NCBI RefSeq assembly: GCF_018350175.1
Contig: NC_058368.1
Location: 148,740,001 to 148,804,000 of the forward strand
DNA: 64,000 nt
Origin: Felis catus
Taxonomy: Eukaryota
Reading direction: 5' to 3'
Made by a program: the position numbers and the translations under genes. Below are positions 26,990 through 39,768 of this stretch, in pieces. The first letter of the stretch is position 1. Every line of letters starts with the position of its first letter. The notes below the pieces were generated by a model. That model ran no database searches. It was not told where the DNA came from and worked only from the letters and a program-made list of their open reading frames with translations.

Positions 26990-27057
26990 GGGGCTCACCT
27001 GAAACAGGGCTCGTGCTTACCCATATGGGGGTTAAGTGATTGAGCCACCCCAGCCCC
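26916..27057 (-). mobile_element. Short variant Can-SINE (internally deleted)
   Basis: (GA)n tract and TTAAGTGATTGAGCCACCCCAGCCCC head, with a shortened atypical middle. Confidence 0.8.
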
Positions 27058-27099
27058 TCTCTCCAGTCTTTCAAGCTGTTCTGTTTGTCTTTGCTACCC

Positions 27100-28914
27100 T
27101 GTACTTTAAGTATGGTATGCCTAATCACCGATTTTTGGGTACTTACCTGCTTTAGCCTGTTGTTCAGTATCCATTGCTTATTTTGGAAAATTCTCAGGCA
27201 TTATTGCTTCAAATATTTCTTCTCTTCATTTCTCTCTCTCCTCTGGTGTTATTATGCATGTTATACCTTTTGGGATTGTTTCACAGTTCTTGGCTATCCC
27301 ATTCCATCTTTTTCATTCTTTTTTTTTTGTTTTTGCATTTCATTTTTAGAGGTTTCAGGCTAATTGATAATTTCCTTGGCAGTATCCAAACTATTGATGA
27401 GCCCATCAAAATCGTTCTTAATTTCTGCTGCAGTGCTTTTAATTTCAAGCATCTCTTTTGACCCTTTATTAGAATTTTCATCTCTCTGCTTACATTATCC
27501 ATCTGTTCTTCCATATTGTCCACTTTTTCCTTTAGAGCCCTTCCTATATTAATCATAGTTGCTTGAGATTCCCTGTATGACAATTCCAACATTTCTGCCA
27601 TATCTGTCTCATTCTGATACTTGCTTTGTCTATTAAAATGATAAGTTTTTTTTTTGTCTTTGTCTTCAAACTGTGTGTTTTTGTATAAAACTTGGAATTT
27701 TTTGTACAAAGCTAGACATTATGTATTAAGTAAAAGGAACTGAGGTAGATAGGCCTTTGTGTGAGATTAATGTTTATCTGGCTAGGGGGCAAGGCTGTAT
27801 TTACTGTTGTCTGCAGCTATGTCAGAGACAAAATTCCCTCTGGTGTCCTTGGTTTTGTCTCCTCTGTTGTTTCCGAGTGTCTCTACAGACTTCTTAAAGA
27901 AGGCTGTGACATATTCAGTTCTTTCAGTTGTATTCTGCTGTTATTATACAGGAGCTCTACTGATGTGGTAGTAAGCTGTGGGAGGAGGAGAAGCATTCTA
28001 TAGTCCTATTAGGCCTAAGAGTAGGCCCATATACATATGAACTCATCAGTGCTTCTCAGGTTTTGTTTGTTTGTTTATTTCCCCACAAGATAGAAAAGCA
28101 GATATTCCCCTTATCCCACATGGAAGGCTAGAACAAGCTGGATTTGGTTGTTTTTGCTCCCTCGGGTCATTCAGTCTCTCATAACACCCCAGTAGGTTAG
28201 GCATTGGTAAAATAGTTTTTCTTGAGGGCAGATCTTGTTAAGAAGAATAGGATGCTCCACCATATCTCAAAATGGGGCTACTTTCCTGGGCTGCCTTGGT
28301 GGCTCAGTCAGTTAAGCATCTGACTTCAGCTCAGGTCATGATCTCATAGTTCGTGGGTTCGAGCCCTACTTCTGGCTCTGTGGGACAGCACAGAGCCTGC
28401 TTCAGATCCTCTGTCTCCCTCTCTCTCTCTGCCTCTGCCCCACTCATGCTTTGTCTCTCTCTCAAAAATAAATGAATATATTTTTTAATGGCTACTTTTC
28501 CCTTCCTTCTGTCAGAAGCACAAGATTTTTCTCCAGTTATTACTGAGAAATTGGCAGGGCTCCTAGATGTAAAACTCACAAAAATTTGAGGAGTGCTCCT
28601 TAAGACTAAGCATCCTCGAGTTTTTAACACCAAACCTGTCTACCCTGAGCCTCTGGCAATTTATCAATTGTAGTTTTCCTGCCCTGTTATGTTCCCATGG
28701 AGGTTTCTGTTTGGGGTCTTCTGTTCCAGGAAGTTAGGATTCTTTGTATGCTCCTGTCTCTCCAGTTTGGGGGTAGCAAAGTGCCCTGTTACAATAACTG
28801 TAGAGTGGATCTAAGAATTTGCTGATTTTCAATTTGTTCACTTTTTTTTCCTGTTGTGAGAATAGGAATGATGATTTCCAACTTCCTTATATGTCTGACT
28901 GGAAACTAGAAGTC
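27100..28914 (-). mobile_element. Ancient L1M 5'UTR plus ORF1 relic
   Basis: ORF 27281..27709 (MAEMLELSYRESQATMINIGRALKEKVDNMEEQMDNVSREMKIL) resembles the ORF1p N-terminal coiled coil. The terminus GACTTCTAGTTTCCAGTCAGACAT is typical of old L1M 5' ends. Confidence 0.8.
28288..28486 (+). mobile_element. Can-SINE nested in L1M
   Basis: Canonical body, flanked by GGCTACTTT repeats. Confidence 0.93.
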
Positions 28915-30474
28915 TGAAAGTATTTTTTTTTTCAATTATGTTTGTTTGTTAAAAAAAAAACTGTTTTATATATATCACTCACTAGACTACAAGATGATAG
29001 AATGTATGACCAAATCTGCCATTTGCATTGTTTTCTCCAAAGTGCTCAACAAGTTTCTATTAAGTAAGTTAGTTTAATCCTGGAAGATTTTTCAGTTCAT
29101 ATTTGTTATATATCCCTTTGCATTTGATGAAATAAATTAAGTACAGATATTATTATTGAACTAATTTGATTCAAGAATCCTTCCAGTTAGTGACTGAAAA
29201 AAGACATTAATTTTCAAATATTTTCTCTGAACAAATAGCCAGTTGGTAGAAAAACTGCCTGGAGAATATAAAGTCTGTGAATAAAAAAGCCTTGAATAAA
29301 ATACCATCATTTTTTCTAATAAAAGAGGGGGACTGTTTAAAGAACTAGATGTGACATTAAGGTGACTTCCCACATTAGAGACTAGCTTAAAAGAATGGAA
29401 CATATGGGGGGGGGGCACCATTTCTCTGAAGTTTACAGACAGCAGCATTTTAAATATTCTCTCACAATTTCATTATATAATCTTCAACTAGCTGAATGAG
29501 GAACAGGCTAATCAATTCGATATGAAATCTTTGCCCATGACAGCTGCTGAAGGAACTCATCAGGTTCTTGTTCACAATATACTTCTGCTTCATTAATTGT
29601 AAACCTGTTTTTGATTCTGCTGCCCATGACTGTCTCCAGAGGATCGCTGAAATGACAAGCTTCCACAATCAGCTCATCAGAATGTTACAGCTGCTTTTCA
29701 AGGAAATTGAAAGCCATGAATCCATCAGTCATAGGGAAATATGCTAATCTCTATTGTTTTGTGTGTCTAAGGAGAAAGAACCAAGAAACTGAGTCTATCA
29801 TATCATCATGTCATGTAAAATATTTTTTTCTTACTATGTATGCACTTAAAAACTACAAGAAAACTAGAATAATCTGTAACAATCGTAATTCAGAAAGACA
29901 TATATAAAATGAGCCAACACACTTTGATGGGACAAAATCTATCATATGAGCAGGGCTTATAAAACAACATCAACAACAACAAACCTCACTATACCTTTTA
30001 TTTTATTTTAGAAAATATTTATGGAAATGTCTTTTAATCTCACTTCCAATATATCTTACAAACACTTCAGATAGGTTAAAATTTTCAATTTTAAGCATTA
30101 ATAAAGTTATATTTTACTGAATGTTTCCAAGTTTATATATTATAAAATAATTAAGCCAGTCAAAACTTCTATTCTAGTGTTACTGAAACCTCAATTCTGT
30201 TAAATAGGTGTGAGTAAAGCATTTTTTTCTACAAAAATATGGGATTATATGCCTGAATAATATTTATGATTTTAAATAAACTAGTCACCTTATACACAGG
30301 ATTCTCTCCCCTCAAAATGTTTTAAACCTGAATATCTGTTCTATGAAGCACTGTATTAATTACCCCAATATTTAAAATTCATGTTTCATAAATTTTAATT
30401 TTATATTTAGGCTGGCTAAAAAATATATTTCAATTATATTGCCAAATACTCTCAATTCAGAATGAGTTGTGCTG

Positions 30475-30640
30475 AGGAGCCTGGGTGGCTCAGGCTATGA
30501 TCTCAGGATTGGGAGCTTGAGCCCCATGTCTGGCTTTACACTGAGCGTGCAGCCAGCTTAAGATACAGTATTCGCCCTCCTTCTCCCTCTGCCCCACCCC
30601 AACTCATGTTCTCCCCACTCTCTGTCTCAAAAAAAAAAAA
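30475..30640 (+). mobile_element. Can-SINE (deletion in head)
   Basis: TSD AATGAGTTGTGCTG. Confidence 0.92.
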
Positions 30641-30694
30641 ATGAGTTGTGCTGGAAAAGTTTTCAAGTTGGATGTTAATTAAGAAATTGGAGGA

Positions 30695-30915
30695 GGGACG
30701 CCTGGGTGGCTCAGTCGGTTAAGCGGCCGACTTCGGCTCAGGTCATGATCTCGCGGTCCCTGAGTTCAAGCCCCACGTCAGGCTCTGTGCTGACCGCTCA
30801 GAGCCTGGAGCCTGTTTCGGATTCTGTCTCCGTCTCTCTCTGACCCTCCCCCGTTCATGCTCTCTCTCTCTCTGTCTCAAAAATAAATAAACATTAAAAA
30901 AAATTAAAAATAAAA
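30695..30915 (+). mobile_element. Young SINEC_Fc
   Basis: CpG-rich. TSD AAATTGGAGGAG. Confidence 0.96.
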
Positions 30916-30926
30916 GAAATAAATTG

Positions 30927-31125
30927 GAGGAGTGCATGGGTAGCTCGTTCACTTACACATCAGACTACTGGTTTCAGCTCAGGTCACAATTTCACGGTTT
31001 GTGACCTCAAGCCCGGCACAGGGCTTCCAGCTGACAGCACAGAGCTTGCTGAGGATTCTTTCTCTCTCCCTCTCCCCCACCTCCATCTCTCTAAATAAAA
31101 CACAAACAAACAAACAAATAAAAAG
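30927..31125 (+). mobile_element. Older Can-SINE
   Basis: Diverged head, body and (AAAC)n tail. Confidence 0.88.
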
Positions 31126-32395
31126 AAATCCCAACAAAATTTCCCTTCAAGGTAATGTCATAAAAGTTATGTCGTAATGTTGTAAAGTCTACCATAAAAG
31201 GTAGGCTCTGACATCAACAAATGTAATCCAAATGTTTAGGTTTTAAGTATAACACCTAAATGTTATTTTCATAGCACCTCTTTTTGAGAGCAATATGCTA
31301 TAACTATCGATGTCTAACAGATCTCTTTTACTATATAGCAAGAATAGGGTATGTGAATAAAAAAACCTTTCCATACTTAGGAGATCAGGGAGAAGGTTCC
31401 AAACTACAGCTAAGAGAGCAGGGCTTTTCAGGACAGATTATGGGAAACTGTAATTAATCCTCACCCTATAAGGATTCTACATGGACAATAAGAGGAATTT
31501 TTTGGTGGGGAAGGAGGTCTTAACATGAACTGGGGCTGAGTTAAGACAGGAGAAGGCTCTGACATGCTAGGGGTGACAGTGCGAAGGAAAGCCTTGCTGA
31601 GGCCCACTGTGACATATGTTTGGTGCCTATACCTCTCTTAGTTTACTTCTTCCAGCTCTAAGGGCCAAGGCAGAAAAAGGGAAAAACTGACAGAATGTAT
31701 GACTCTTACTGGATCCCTGGGTGTTGCTTCTCTGTTGCTCATGTATGATTTTATATTCAGCACTAAATTAAAATTAGCTTAAGGTAAACAATGAGTTTTC
31801 CTATGCCATATCACCCAAAAACTTTGATTCTGATGTTCATTTAAATATGAAAATATTTTTCCCTGATAACATGAAACAGCTACCATATTTTTTTCTAATC
31901 AACTGATAACTTACGATTTTTTAGACTAATAAACTTAAGTGATTTGTTTTTATTATGCAAATTTAATGAAGAACTACATGCAAGACAAAGATTTTTTTTC
32001 AATAAATAACATCAAATATATTTAAAGTCACAGTAATGAAACAGAGATACTGAGATTATTAATGTCAGGGTATTTGTTCATGGCCACATATAAAATCAGG
32101 ATTCAAGCCAAGAGATTCAGATCCTGAGTCCACGCTATTAATTAATACATTTCACTGACTCTGAGCTCCAATTTCAATCACACCTTTTCCCCCTTTTCTT
32201 TTTCTTACCTTCTTTATTCCTGCCAGCCTCTTTCATTCATTAAATATTTACTAAAGATCTATATCTTCCATGTTATACTACAAAAAGTTTCACTGTGCTT
32301 CTCTCATCAAAGGGATATTACTGTAATTTTCTGTTATAAGCATAGTTTTAGAAAGATAATTCTAGTAAATCAGTAAATCAAGATATTGGTGGTGG

Positions 32396-32865
32396 TGTAC
32401 ATTATTTATCTGCAATTGTCCTGAAATTTAAAGGTTTAAAACAAAACATATATTTTCTAACAGAACTCCTGTGGGTAAGATATCTGAGAATGGCTTAGAT
32501 GAATGGTTCTGGCTCACTACCTTTCAGTAGGTTGCAGTAAAAATGTCTCCTAGAGCTCCAGTCATCATTAAGCTTGACTGGTATTAGAAGATCTTCTTTC
32601 AAAGCAAGTCAGTGCTTATTGTTGACAAGAGGCCCTAGTACCTTACCCTGTTGAATTTTATAAGGCCACCAGATATCCTCACAGCATTGCAGCTGCCTTA
32701 ACCCAAAGTAATCTAGGAGAGGACAAAGCCCAACATACCTTCAGAAGTCAAACACTGCCATTTCCACAATAATGTTCTGGTAAGGCAGATCATCCTAGTT
32801 CAGTGAAGGAGGGAGCTATACCGTGCTGTGAATAATTTGGAATCACTGTGAAGGCTGGCTACCAA
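32396..32865 (-). mobile_element. MaLR MLT1-type LTR relic
   Basis: MLT1 motifs GGCTTAGATGAATGGTTCTGGCTC, CTTGACTGG..AGAAGATC, CAGAAGTCA..CTGCCATTTCC and GAAGGCTGGCTACCA. Confidence 0.8.
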
Positions 32866-33114
32866 TGATAACTTCAGTTCTTTTAGTGAAATATTAAAAT
32901 ATAGATAGATAGAAAGATAGATGGATAATAAGTCTAAACTAATGAATTAGAGAATCTAATAGAATGAAAGAAATGGCTATTACAGAAATATTTCATTGAT
33001 GGAATCAGAAAACTGAAGGATATTTTGGTTGGGGAGAATATTTGTCAAGCCGTAATGGAAAGGAAGATTGTGAATATTGCAAATTTTTTGGTCTGGGATC
33101 CTGAAGAAAATATA

Positions 33115-33171
33115 CACAAACACACATACACTTACATACACACACACACACACACACCCACACACACACAC
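33115..33171. repeat. (CA)n-rich microsatellite
   Basis: Seen directly. Confidence 0.9.
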
Positions 33172-33261
33172 TCCCAAAACAAAACAAACACAAAAAAACC
33201 TCTGCTAATATTTGATATAGGAGGAAAGTATTCTAAGAAAGTGAATAATTATAAGTTTATC

Positions 33262-33432
33262 ATTTATTTATTGTTATTCAACAAATTTTTATGTATGGCA
33301 TATTATGTTGAGGAAAATTGGGCTACCCAGTGGAGACATAGAATTGAACAGAACAAAACAAAACAAAACAAAACAAAAAGAATGGAATAAGACAAATACA
33401 GTCCTTGCCTTCATGGAGCTCAAATGCTAGTA
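33262..33432 (-). mobile_element. L2 3' end fragment
   Basis: ATTCAACAAAT..., AGTCCTTGCCTTCATGGAGCTCA. Confidence 0.7.
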
Positions 33433-33544
33433 AGAAATGTAGTGATCACATCATTTATTCTGTATAATCTACTATTTTAGGGAAAAAAACCTACCCATGA
33501 TTCAGTATCTTCTTTCAGGAACAGCCTAATTTGTTTGTTTAATT

Positions 33545-34918
33545 TTATAGCAGAACTGTCAAAAGTGTTGTGTATAGTTACTTTATTCATTTTCTAACCT
33601 ATAATTTTCTTCAATTTGTTTTAGTCAAATTTCTATCTCCATCTATACCTGACTGAAAATGCTCTTGTCAAGTGGCCAATGGCTTTCTTGTTGGCAAAGC
33701 CAACTGTCTTACTCCACTTCTCAGCAACAGGGACACACTTCTGAAAACACTTCTGTCTTACTTTCTATCACACTACATCTCTCTGATGCTTATTCTACTT
33801 CACTGGTTGCTTTTTTTCAATCCCTTTATCTGGTTATTTCTCCTCAGCTTGACCTTCAAATGGTAAATCACTCAAGGCCTTATATAATCTAGTGCTTTTT
33901 TGTTCTCCCAAACAGCCTCACACCAGAATTTCAATATTATTTATTATTCCTAAAAATATCATGAGTGAAAATACTTCCCTATTATCTACATTTGTATATG
34001 TAATGTCTTACTTGTTTTGCTCACATGAATTTTTGATAATTATCTTACATGCCAGTGAAATCAAGAGACTCAATTATTATCATTCCCACCTCCATCCAAC
34101 CTATTTTCCCCCAGTCTTCCCCAATTCAATATATGATACCATTATATATTGACTTCTAAGATTATACTCATAATTGTTGGTACCATTCACAAGCCAATCT
34201 GATACATTAGAAAGTCTAATCAATACTTCAAGAAAATATCCTAAACCTATCATTTATCTCCATCTTCTTTCGACCACCTTAATCAAAGCTATATAACTAA
34301 ATAACTACCCACTGATTTCTCTGTTTCCACTTTTACTCACTTACAAAACAATATCACTCAACAGCTAAAAACACTCCCATGGCTTCCAACCCTTGTTCAA
34401 ATAATACAAATTCATTACCAAGATCGACAGATCCTGTATGATTTAACCCCTGCCTTCCTGTCTAATCTCATCCCTTATCTAGCTCTTCTTACTGCTTTGG
34501 CTCAGAAACTGTCTTACTCCACTTCTCAGCCTTCCCCTGCCCTTTTACTAGGTCAAACTTTCCTCAAATTTAGATCCATAGCACTTATTTCCTAGATATG
34601 TGCATGGCGTGACTCATGGTAATTCAGCTTTTATGTCAAATGTCCCCTCTCCAGAAAGGGCCTCCCTAAGTCAACCGACCTAAAATATACATTTGTTTCC
34701 CCATTCATTTTCAATCAGGCATCATGTTTATTTACTTTATAACATTTATCACTATGGAAACACTTATGTGTTTTCACTGTTATTTATTTCATTATTTTTT
34801 ACACAATCTGAACCAGATGTATGCTTCGTGAGGGCACTGCTTTTTCTGGTTTGTTCACATCATTTAGCTGTATCTAGCACATCACAGAAGTTCAGTGGAT
34901 GTGCATTGAATGACTGAA
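33545..34918 (+). mobile_element. L2 relic (ORF2 through 3' end)
   Basis: ACTGAAAATGCTCTTGTCAAG (TETALVK-like RT motif) and typical L2 3' motifs ending TGAATGACTGAA. Confidence 0.75.
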
Positions 34919-35179
34919 ATGTTATTTTGTAAGTTTCCTCTTCAACATTATTATAATAGTTTTAGAATCTGAGGCTAGATCTTTTGCCTTTGTATCTGAC
35001 TTTTCAAAAAATGCAAAGTCAAGCATTTTAGACACCTAATATTAGTAATAAAATAGATTTTAACATTAGTCTAATAAATCAGTTACTTTTAAGAATTAAG
35101 TTCTAACATCACATATTAATCAATAATTTGCATTTCACTAGTAAGACATAATATAGAATTTATGTAACTCAATAGAAAG

Positions 35180-35432
35180 CATAATGAATGAGTAGGTTCT
35201 CGGCTTTGGAATCAGAAAGGCCTGCATTTTAAAAATAATTATCATTTTCTCTGACTGTATGACTTTAAATTTTTCCTTAGTATTTCAAATATCCAGTTTA
35301 TTTAGCTATAAAGTGGGAAATAATTACAGTTTTCTAACTCCTACATTTCCGCTATATTTAAAGAGATAATGCACATAAAGTACATGGCAATGTGGCTAAC
35401 AGCATACTCAGAAAATAAATGTTATGATTATT
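35180..35432 (+). mobile_element. MIR relic
   Basis: GGCTTTGGAATCAGAAAGGCCTG...TGTATGACTTT...TATAAAGTGGGAAATAAT...GAGATAATGCACATAAAG. Confidence 0.75.
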
Positions 35433-35714
35433 ACTAATATTTTGAAGCCTCTAAAATTTAATTTCTCAACAATCCATGATGTAGGAAAACTCTTTTACTT
35501 GTCATTGTTAATTCTAAAATTAAATGTGTTTAAGTTTCACCAACTAAATTGACTATGGGATCTTTTACAAGAACTGTTGGATGAAAACTGGTATATGAAT
35601 AACTAAAGGCAATATCCTTTACAAAAATTGAGGACATGGAAGAAGAGTTGCAATTCTTCAGAATGTTTTTTGAGGATAGAATGACAAATTATTCACACCC
35701 ATCATAATGAATAA

Positions 35715-35880
35715 ATTCAAAGTCCCTAAACCTCAGAGCTCTCATTTGGAAAATGAGAGTAAAAATAGTCCCTACCTTATTCAGCTAATTTTAAGATTAT
35801 AAAATATAACCAAACTAAACTATTTAGTACAGTACTACATAGGTTAATCATTTATTAAATTTAAATATTTTTTATTATTA
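35715..35880 (+). mobile_element. MIR fragment
   Basis: CCTCAG..CTCATTTGGAAAATGAGAGTAAAAATAGTCCCTACCTT matches the MIR core. Confidence 0.65.
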
Positions 35881-36374
35881 TTAACATAATAGTTTAACAG
35901 TTAAGCATTGAACAATATGCCTATTCTTATATTACAAACTTCAGAGACAAGACTGAGGTTATAGCGTTTGAAAGTGTATTAAATAATTACAAAACTATGT
36001 GGGGACAAAAGCACAATAAACTGTAGCTAACAGTAATATACAATTGGTAACTATATTTTTCCTCAAAAATTAAACCCTACAATGGAATTTTATTATGACT
36101 CTGGGTATGAGACAAAAGTATTATTGGAGTTTTGGTTAATTCTACACTTTACCAGGTAGATAATTTTCCCTTTCTCTTGAAGAAACTGGAAAAAGTCAAT
36201 CAAATGCAAATATATTTTAAGCATTCTCAAGATGTGTGAAATAAAAGATGAAGTATTCTAGGCAATGATAATGAATGTCATGGGTTAAGATTCATAAGCA
36301 GAAAAGCATATAGTAGTTTCAGGCACATAAAAGAGAAGAAAAACCCAGACGAGGAAATTGCCAAATTTCCGCTT

Positions 36375-36395
36375 GTTTTTTTTTTGTTTGTTTTA

Positions 36396-36426
<31 letters not shown>
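36375..36426. repeat. (TTTTG)n simple repeat
   Basis: Seen directly. Confidence 0.9.
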
Positions 36427-36427
<1 letters not shown>

Positions 36428-36867
36428 CAAGATGTTGACTGTTGCTAAGGATTATGAATTTTATCTCTTACATTAAAAGTAGGAAACAAATCTGGGATGA
36501 GAAAACTCTGTCCTTTAAAACTGACCACATGTTGACTTTATGTTATAGAAGGAAGTTTCACAACATGTATTAAGAGTAAAGAGAAACTATTCTACAGTGA
36601 AAAGAGTTTGATAAAGCAGAAAATGTAGACACAGAAAGACTTAACAGTGTCCTTCAACATAGTATGACAAAGCACTTAGACTATCAAACAGCAACATTAA
36701 GTCTAAGATAATTCACAACCTCAAAAAATGAAGATTTGAACAAATTGAGATTATGACCAAACCACCTCTTTCTGGGCCATTTCTCTCTTCCTCTTTTCAT
36801 TTGGTAGGATGATCTCCTAGGTTTTAAGTAAAGATTGATAGCATAAATTGTTTCTGACAAATAGTTC

Positions 36868-36872
36868 ATATA

Positions 36873-36922
<50 letters not shown>

Positions 36923-36927
36923 TATAT
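36868..36927. repeat. (TA)n microsatellite
   Basis: Seen directly. Confidence 0.95.
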
Positions 36928-37584
36928 GGAATAGGGAAGAATAAGAGAATATAACAGATAGATGTAGACATAAGTAGAAATATAATAAATAAACAGGTAA
37001 TAAAGATATGGCAAAAATATTTGTGTATGTATATTTCATATGTAATAAAACATGTATAGTATATTTATAACTGGAGTGATCACTTTTGCATAACAAAAGT
37101 CCCAATCCACCTAGCCTTCAAATTCAAACTATTCTAGTACACACATGCTAGATTATAAAAAAAAATTATTTTTTCTTAGGATATCTCTGAAAATTTTAAG
37201 AGTAAGAGGGCTTAAATAGGAACAGCACTGTTCCTATATGATTCATAGCAAGAGAAGTATAAAATTAATATAAATATATTCGATTATGTTAGTGCTAACT
37301 GGTATGTTCAGTTTTCACTAACTAAATTATGTCAACACACTAAAATCAGAAATCAAATACATAAAAATGTATATTGATATTCTAATTTACAAAGATTTAA
37401 GTCTCTACCAGTATGATTTCCATGTATCAGCCCCCTCCAAGTTCTTACTATATTGTGTCATGTATACAACAGGAACACATCTGTTATATTTCCATGTTAT
37501 CTGTTCATCACCCACCACACTTGATGCCATTCTAGGGTCAACAACCTTGAAGAAACTGGCTCTCTATTGACTTAGGCAAATTTC

Positions 37585-38073
37585 TGGTCATCTATTTCTG
37601 TGTAACAAACTACTTAAGATTTAGTTGCTTTAAAAAACAAACATTTTATTATGTAATCTGATTTGTGAAACACTCTAGAGCTTAGCTTGCCAATTTCTCT
37701 ATTCTGTGAGATCTTCACTGGGGTCACTCTGTGGTATGAGGCTTAGTATACTTGTCTAGAGAATGTAAGATCATTTCACTCTTTTGCCTGGCATCCTAGC
37801 AGGAAAATGCAAAGGCTAGTATCAGTTAGACCCTTCTTCTCCATGTAAGTCAGGGTCTCTCCACGTAGTCTCCAGCAGCATAGTAAGATTCATATGGTGA
37901 CTCAAGGCTGCTACAGACCAACACAGAAACTTCTAGTACTATTTAAGGCCTGAATGGGCATAATATGATTTCATCACATTGTTTGGCCAGACCAACTACA
38001 AGGTTGGAGAAAATAATCCCCATTCTTAGTGGGTGGGGTATCAAAGAATTTGCGGTCATTTTAATAGGCCACA
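37585..38073 (-). mobile_element. MaLR MLT1-type LTR relic
   Basis: TCTATTTCTGTGTAACAAACTAC..TTAGTTGCTTTAAAAAACAA start and CAAAGAATTTGCGGTCATTTTAA..CCACA end. Confidence 0.8.
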
Positions 38074-38520
38074 AGTATCTATAGCAATGATAATTCATTC
38101 TAGTAGGATTCCCACGACCTTACAAGCCCAAACTTAGAAAAGCACACATTCACACATCTCCTGAGAATTAAAAAATAACACAGAAATATCTGACATTCAA
38201 AAAATATGCTTGAATAGAAATATTTCTCTCAGGGAGGTATAATATGCAGACAAGCAAATCTTATCCTGGCAATATCTCTTCTGCTAGTGTGTTAGCAGAA
38301 ATTTGAGTTTAGTGCTTCAGAATCACAATAAACCACCACATCAATACAAATAGCTTCGGTTCAGAAAAGTATGTGCATATGCGTGAAGGGTCAATCCAAA
38401 TCCTTTTAGTCTGTTTCTGTTTCTCCCCAAATTAAATACTTTTGGTCCCAAAGGTAAAATGAAGTCTCTACACCAGAAGATATAAAAGGCTCTCAATTTT
38501 TAAAGTATAATTCTCCCAAT

Positions 38521-38565
38521 AAACAATAAAATAAAATAAAATAAAATAAAATAAAATAAAATAAT
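38521..38565. repeat. (AAAAT)n simple repeat
   Basis: Seen directly. Confidence 0.9.
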
Positions 38566-39391
38566 AGTTCTCCCAACTTCTAATGATCTAAATTTCAAAA
38601 AACATTAAAGTTCAAAAATCAGCCTCAGAAAGCATACATATTACATAGAATTAATCAGAAATATTGATATTTTCTGATAAAATTAAATGCCACATTTTCT
38701 TTAATGAGAACTTGGTAAAGATCTACAAATTTTGTGCTACTTATTGAATAGAAAATACACAAGAAAGACCAATAATCATGTTTCTTTGCATTATCAAAAA
38801 CTTTAAAATACATTTTAGGGAAAGAAAAAAAAAGAAGAAAGAAAAAAGGGATGAGGGAGAGAGGGAAGGAGGAAGACAACACAGTATTATACTACATAGA
38901 ATTGTATTAAAATCTGTCACAAAAATATTTCAGAAAAGATATCTCCATATATTATAGTGGAAAATAAATATTTAATAAAAACTTAAGATTTGAGCTAGCT
39001 TCAAAGAATACATGTCATTTAAATATGTGTGTGTGTTGGCATTGGGGAAGGATGGGAGCAAAATTAACCCAGACTGGGAAATCTGTCATTGCAAAGACAA
39101 ACATTAGAAGGAAGTATATTGTGAAGAGAGATGCATGAAGCTGTAATAATAGATTTTTTCTAGTAAGTAAAAAAATGTGAGTTTAAATTGAGACAATACA
39201 ATCATTTTGTGGGGATCCATAACATAAAACCAAGAAGAAAAGAGAAATTTAGATAGATTTTCTTGAAAAGAGTTATATGATGAAAATAGTAGGCTGAATC
39301 TATTAGCTTGACTGAAATATCAAAAATATTACATTGTACATATAGTCAACAACAATTAAAAATGTATTTAAAGTAGATCTTATATTAAGTA

Positions 39392-39478
39392 TCCGATGCA
39401 GGCCTGGAACCAGGAACCATAAGATCATGACCAGAGCCAAAGTTGGATGTTTAACTGACCAAGTCACCCAGGTGCCCC
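39392..39478 (-). mobile_element. Can-SINE head fragment
   Basis: AAGATCATGACCAGAGCCAAAGTTGG...CACCCAGGTGCCCC. No tail. Confidence 0.88.
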
Positions 39479-39606
39479 CACATGTAACTTTTGTCTCCCC
39501 AAAACTTAACTACTGATAGCCTACTATTGACTAGAAGTCTTACTCATAAAAAAAAGTCAAGTGACACAGATTTTGTAGGCTATATGCATTGTATACTCCA
39601 TTCTTA

Positions 39607-39732
39607 TTTTTTAAATATGAAATTTATTGTCAAATTGGTTTCCATATAACACCCAGTGCTAATTTCAATAGATGCCCTCCTCAATACCCATCACCCACCC
39701 TCCCCTCCCTTCCACCCCCCATCAGCCCTCAG
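39607..39732 (-). mobile_element. Short L1 3'UTR fragment
   Basis: AATTTATTGTCAAATTGGTTTCCATATAACACCCAGTGCT is a felid L1 3' end in antisense. Confidence 0.88.
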
Positions 39733-39768
39733 TAAGCAAAGAAAATATTATGTAAAAAATTATAGGGA

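Noticed and set aside
36684..37105. ORFs rich in YI repeats
   Set aside because: Translations of (TA)n.
38279..38300. Hairpin TTCTGCTA-GTGTGT-TAGCAGAA as an IRE or miRNA
   Set aside because: The loop lacks the CAGUGN consensus and the stem is too short for a pre-miRNA.
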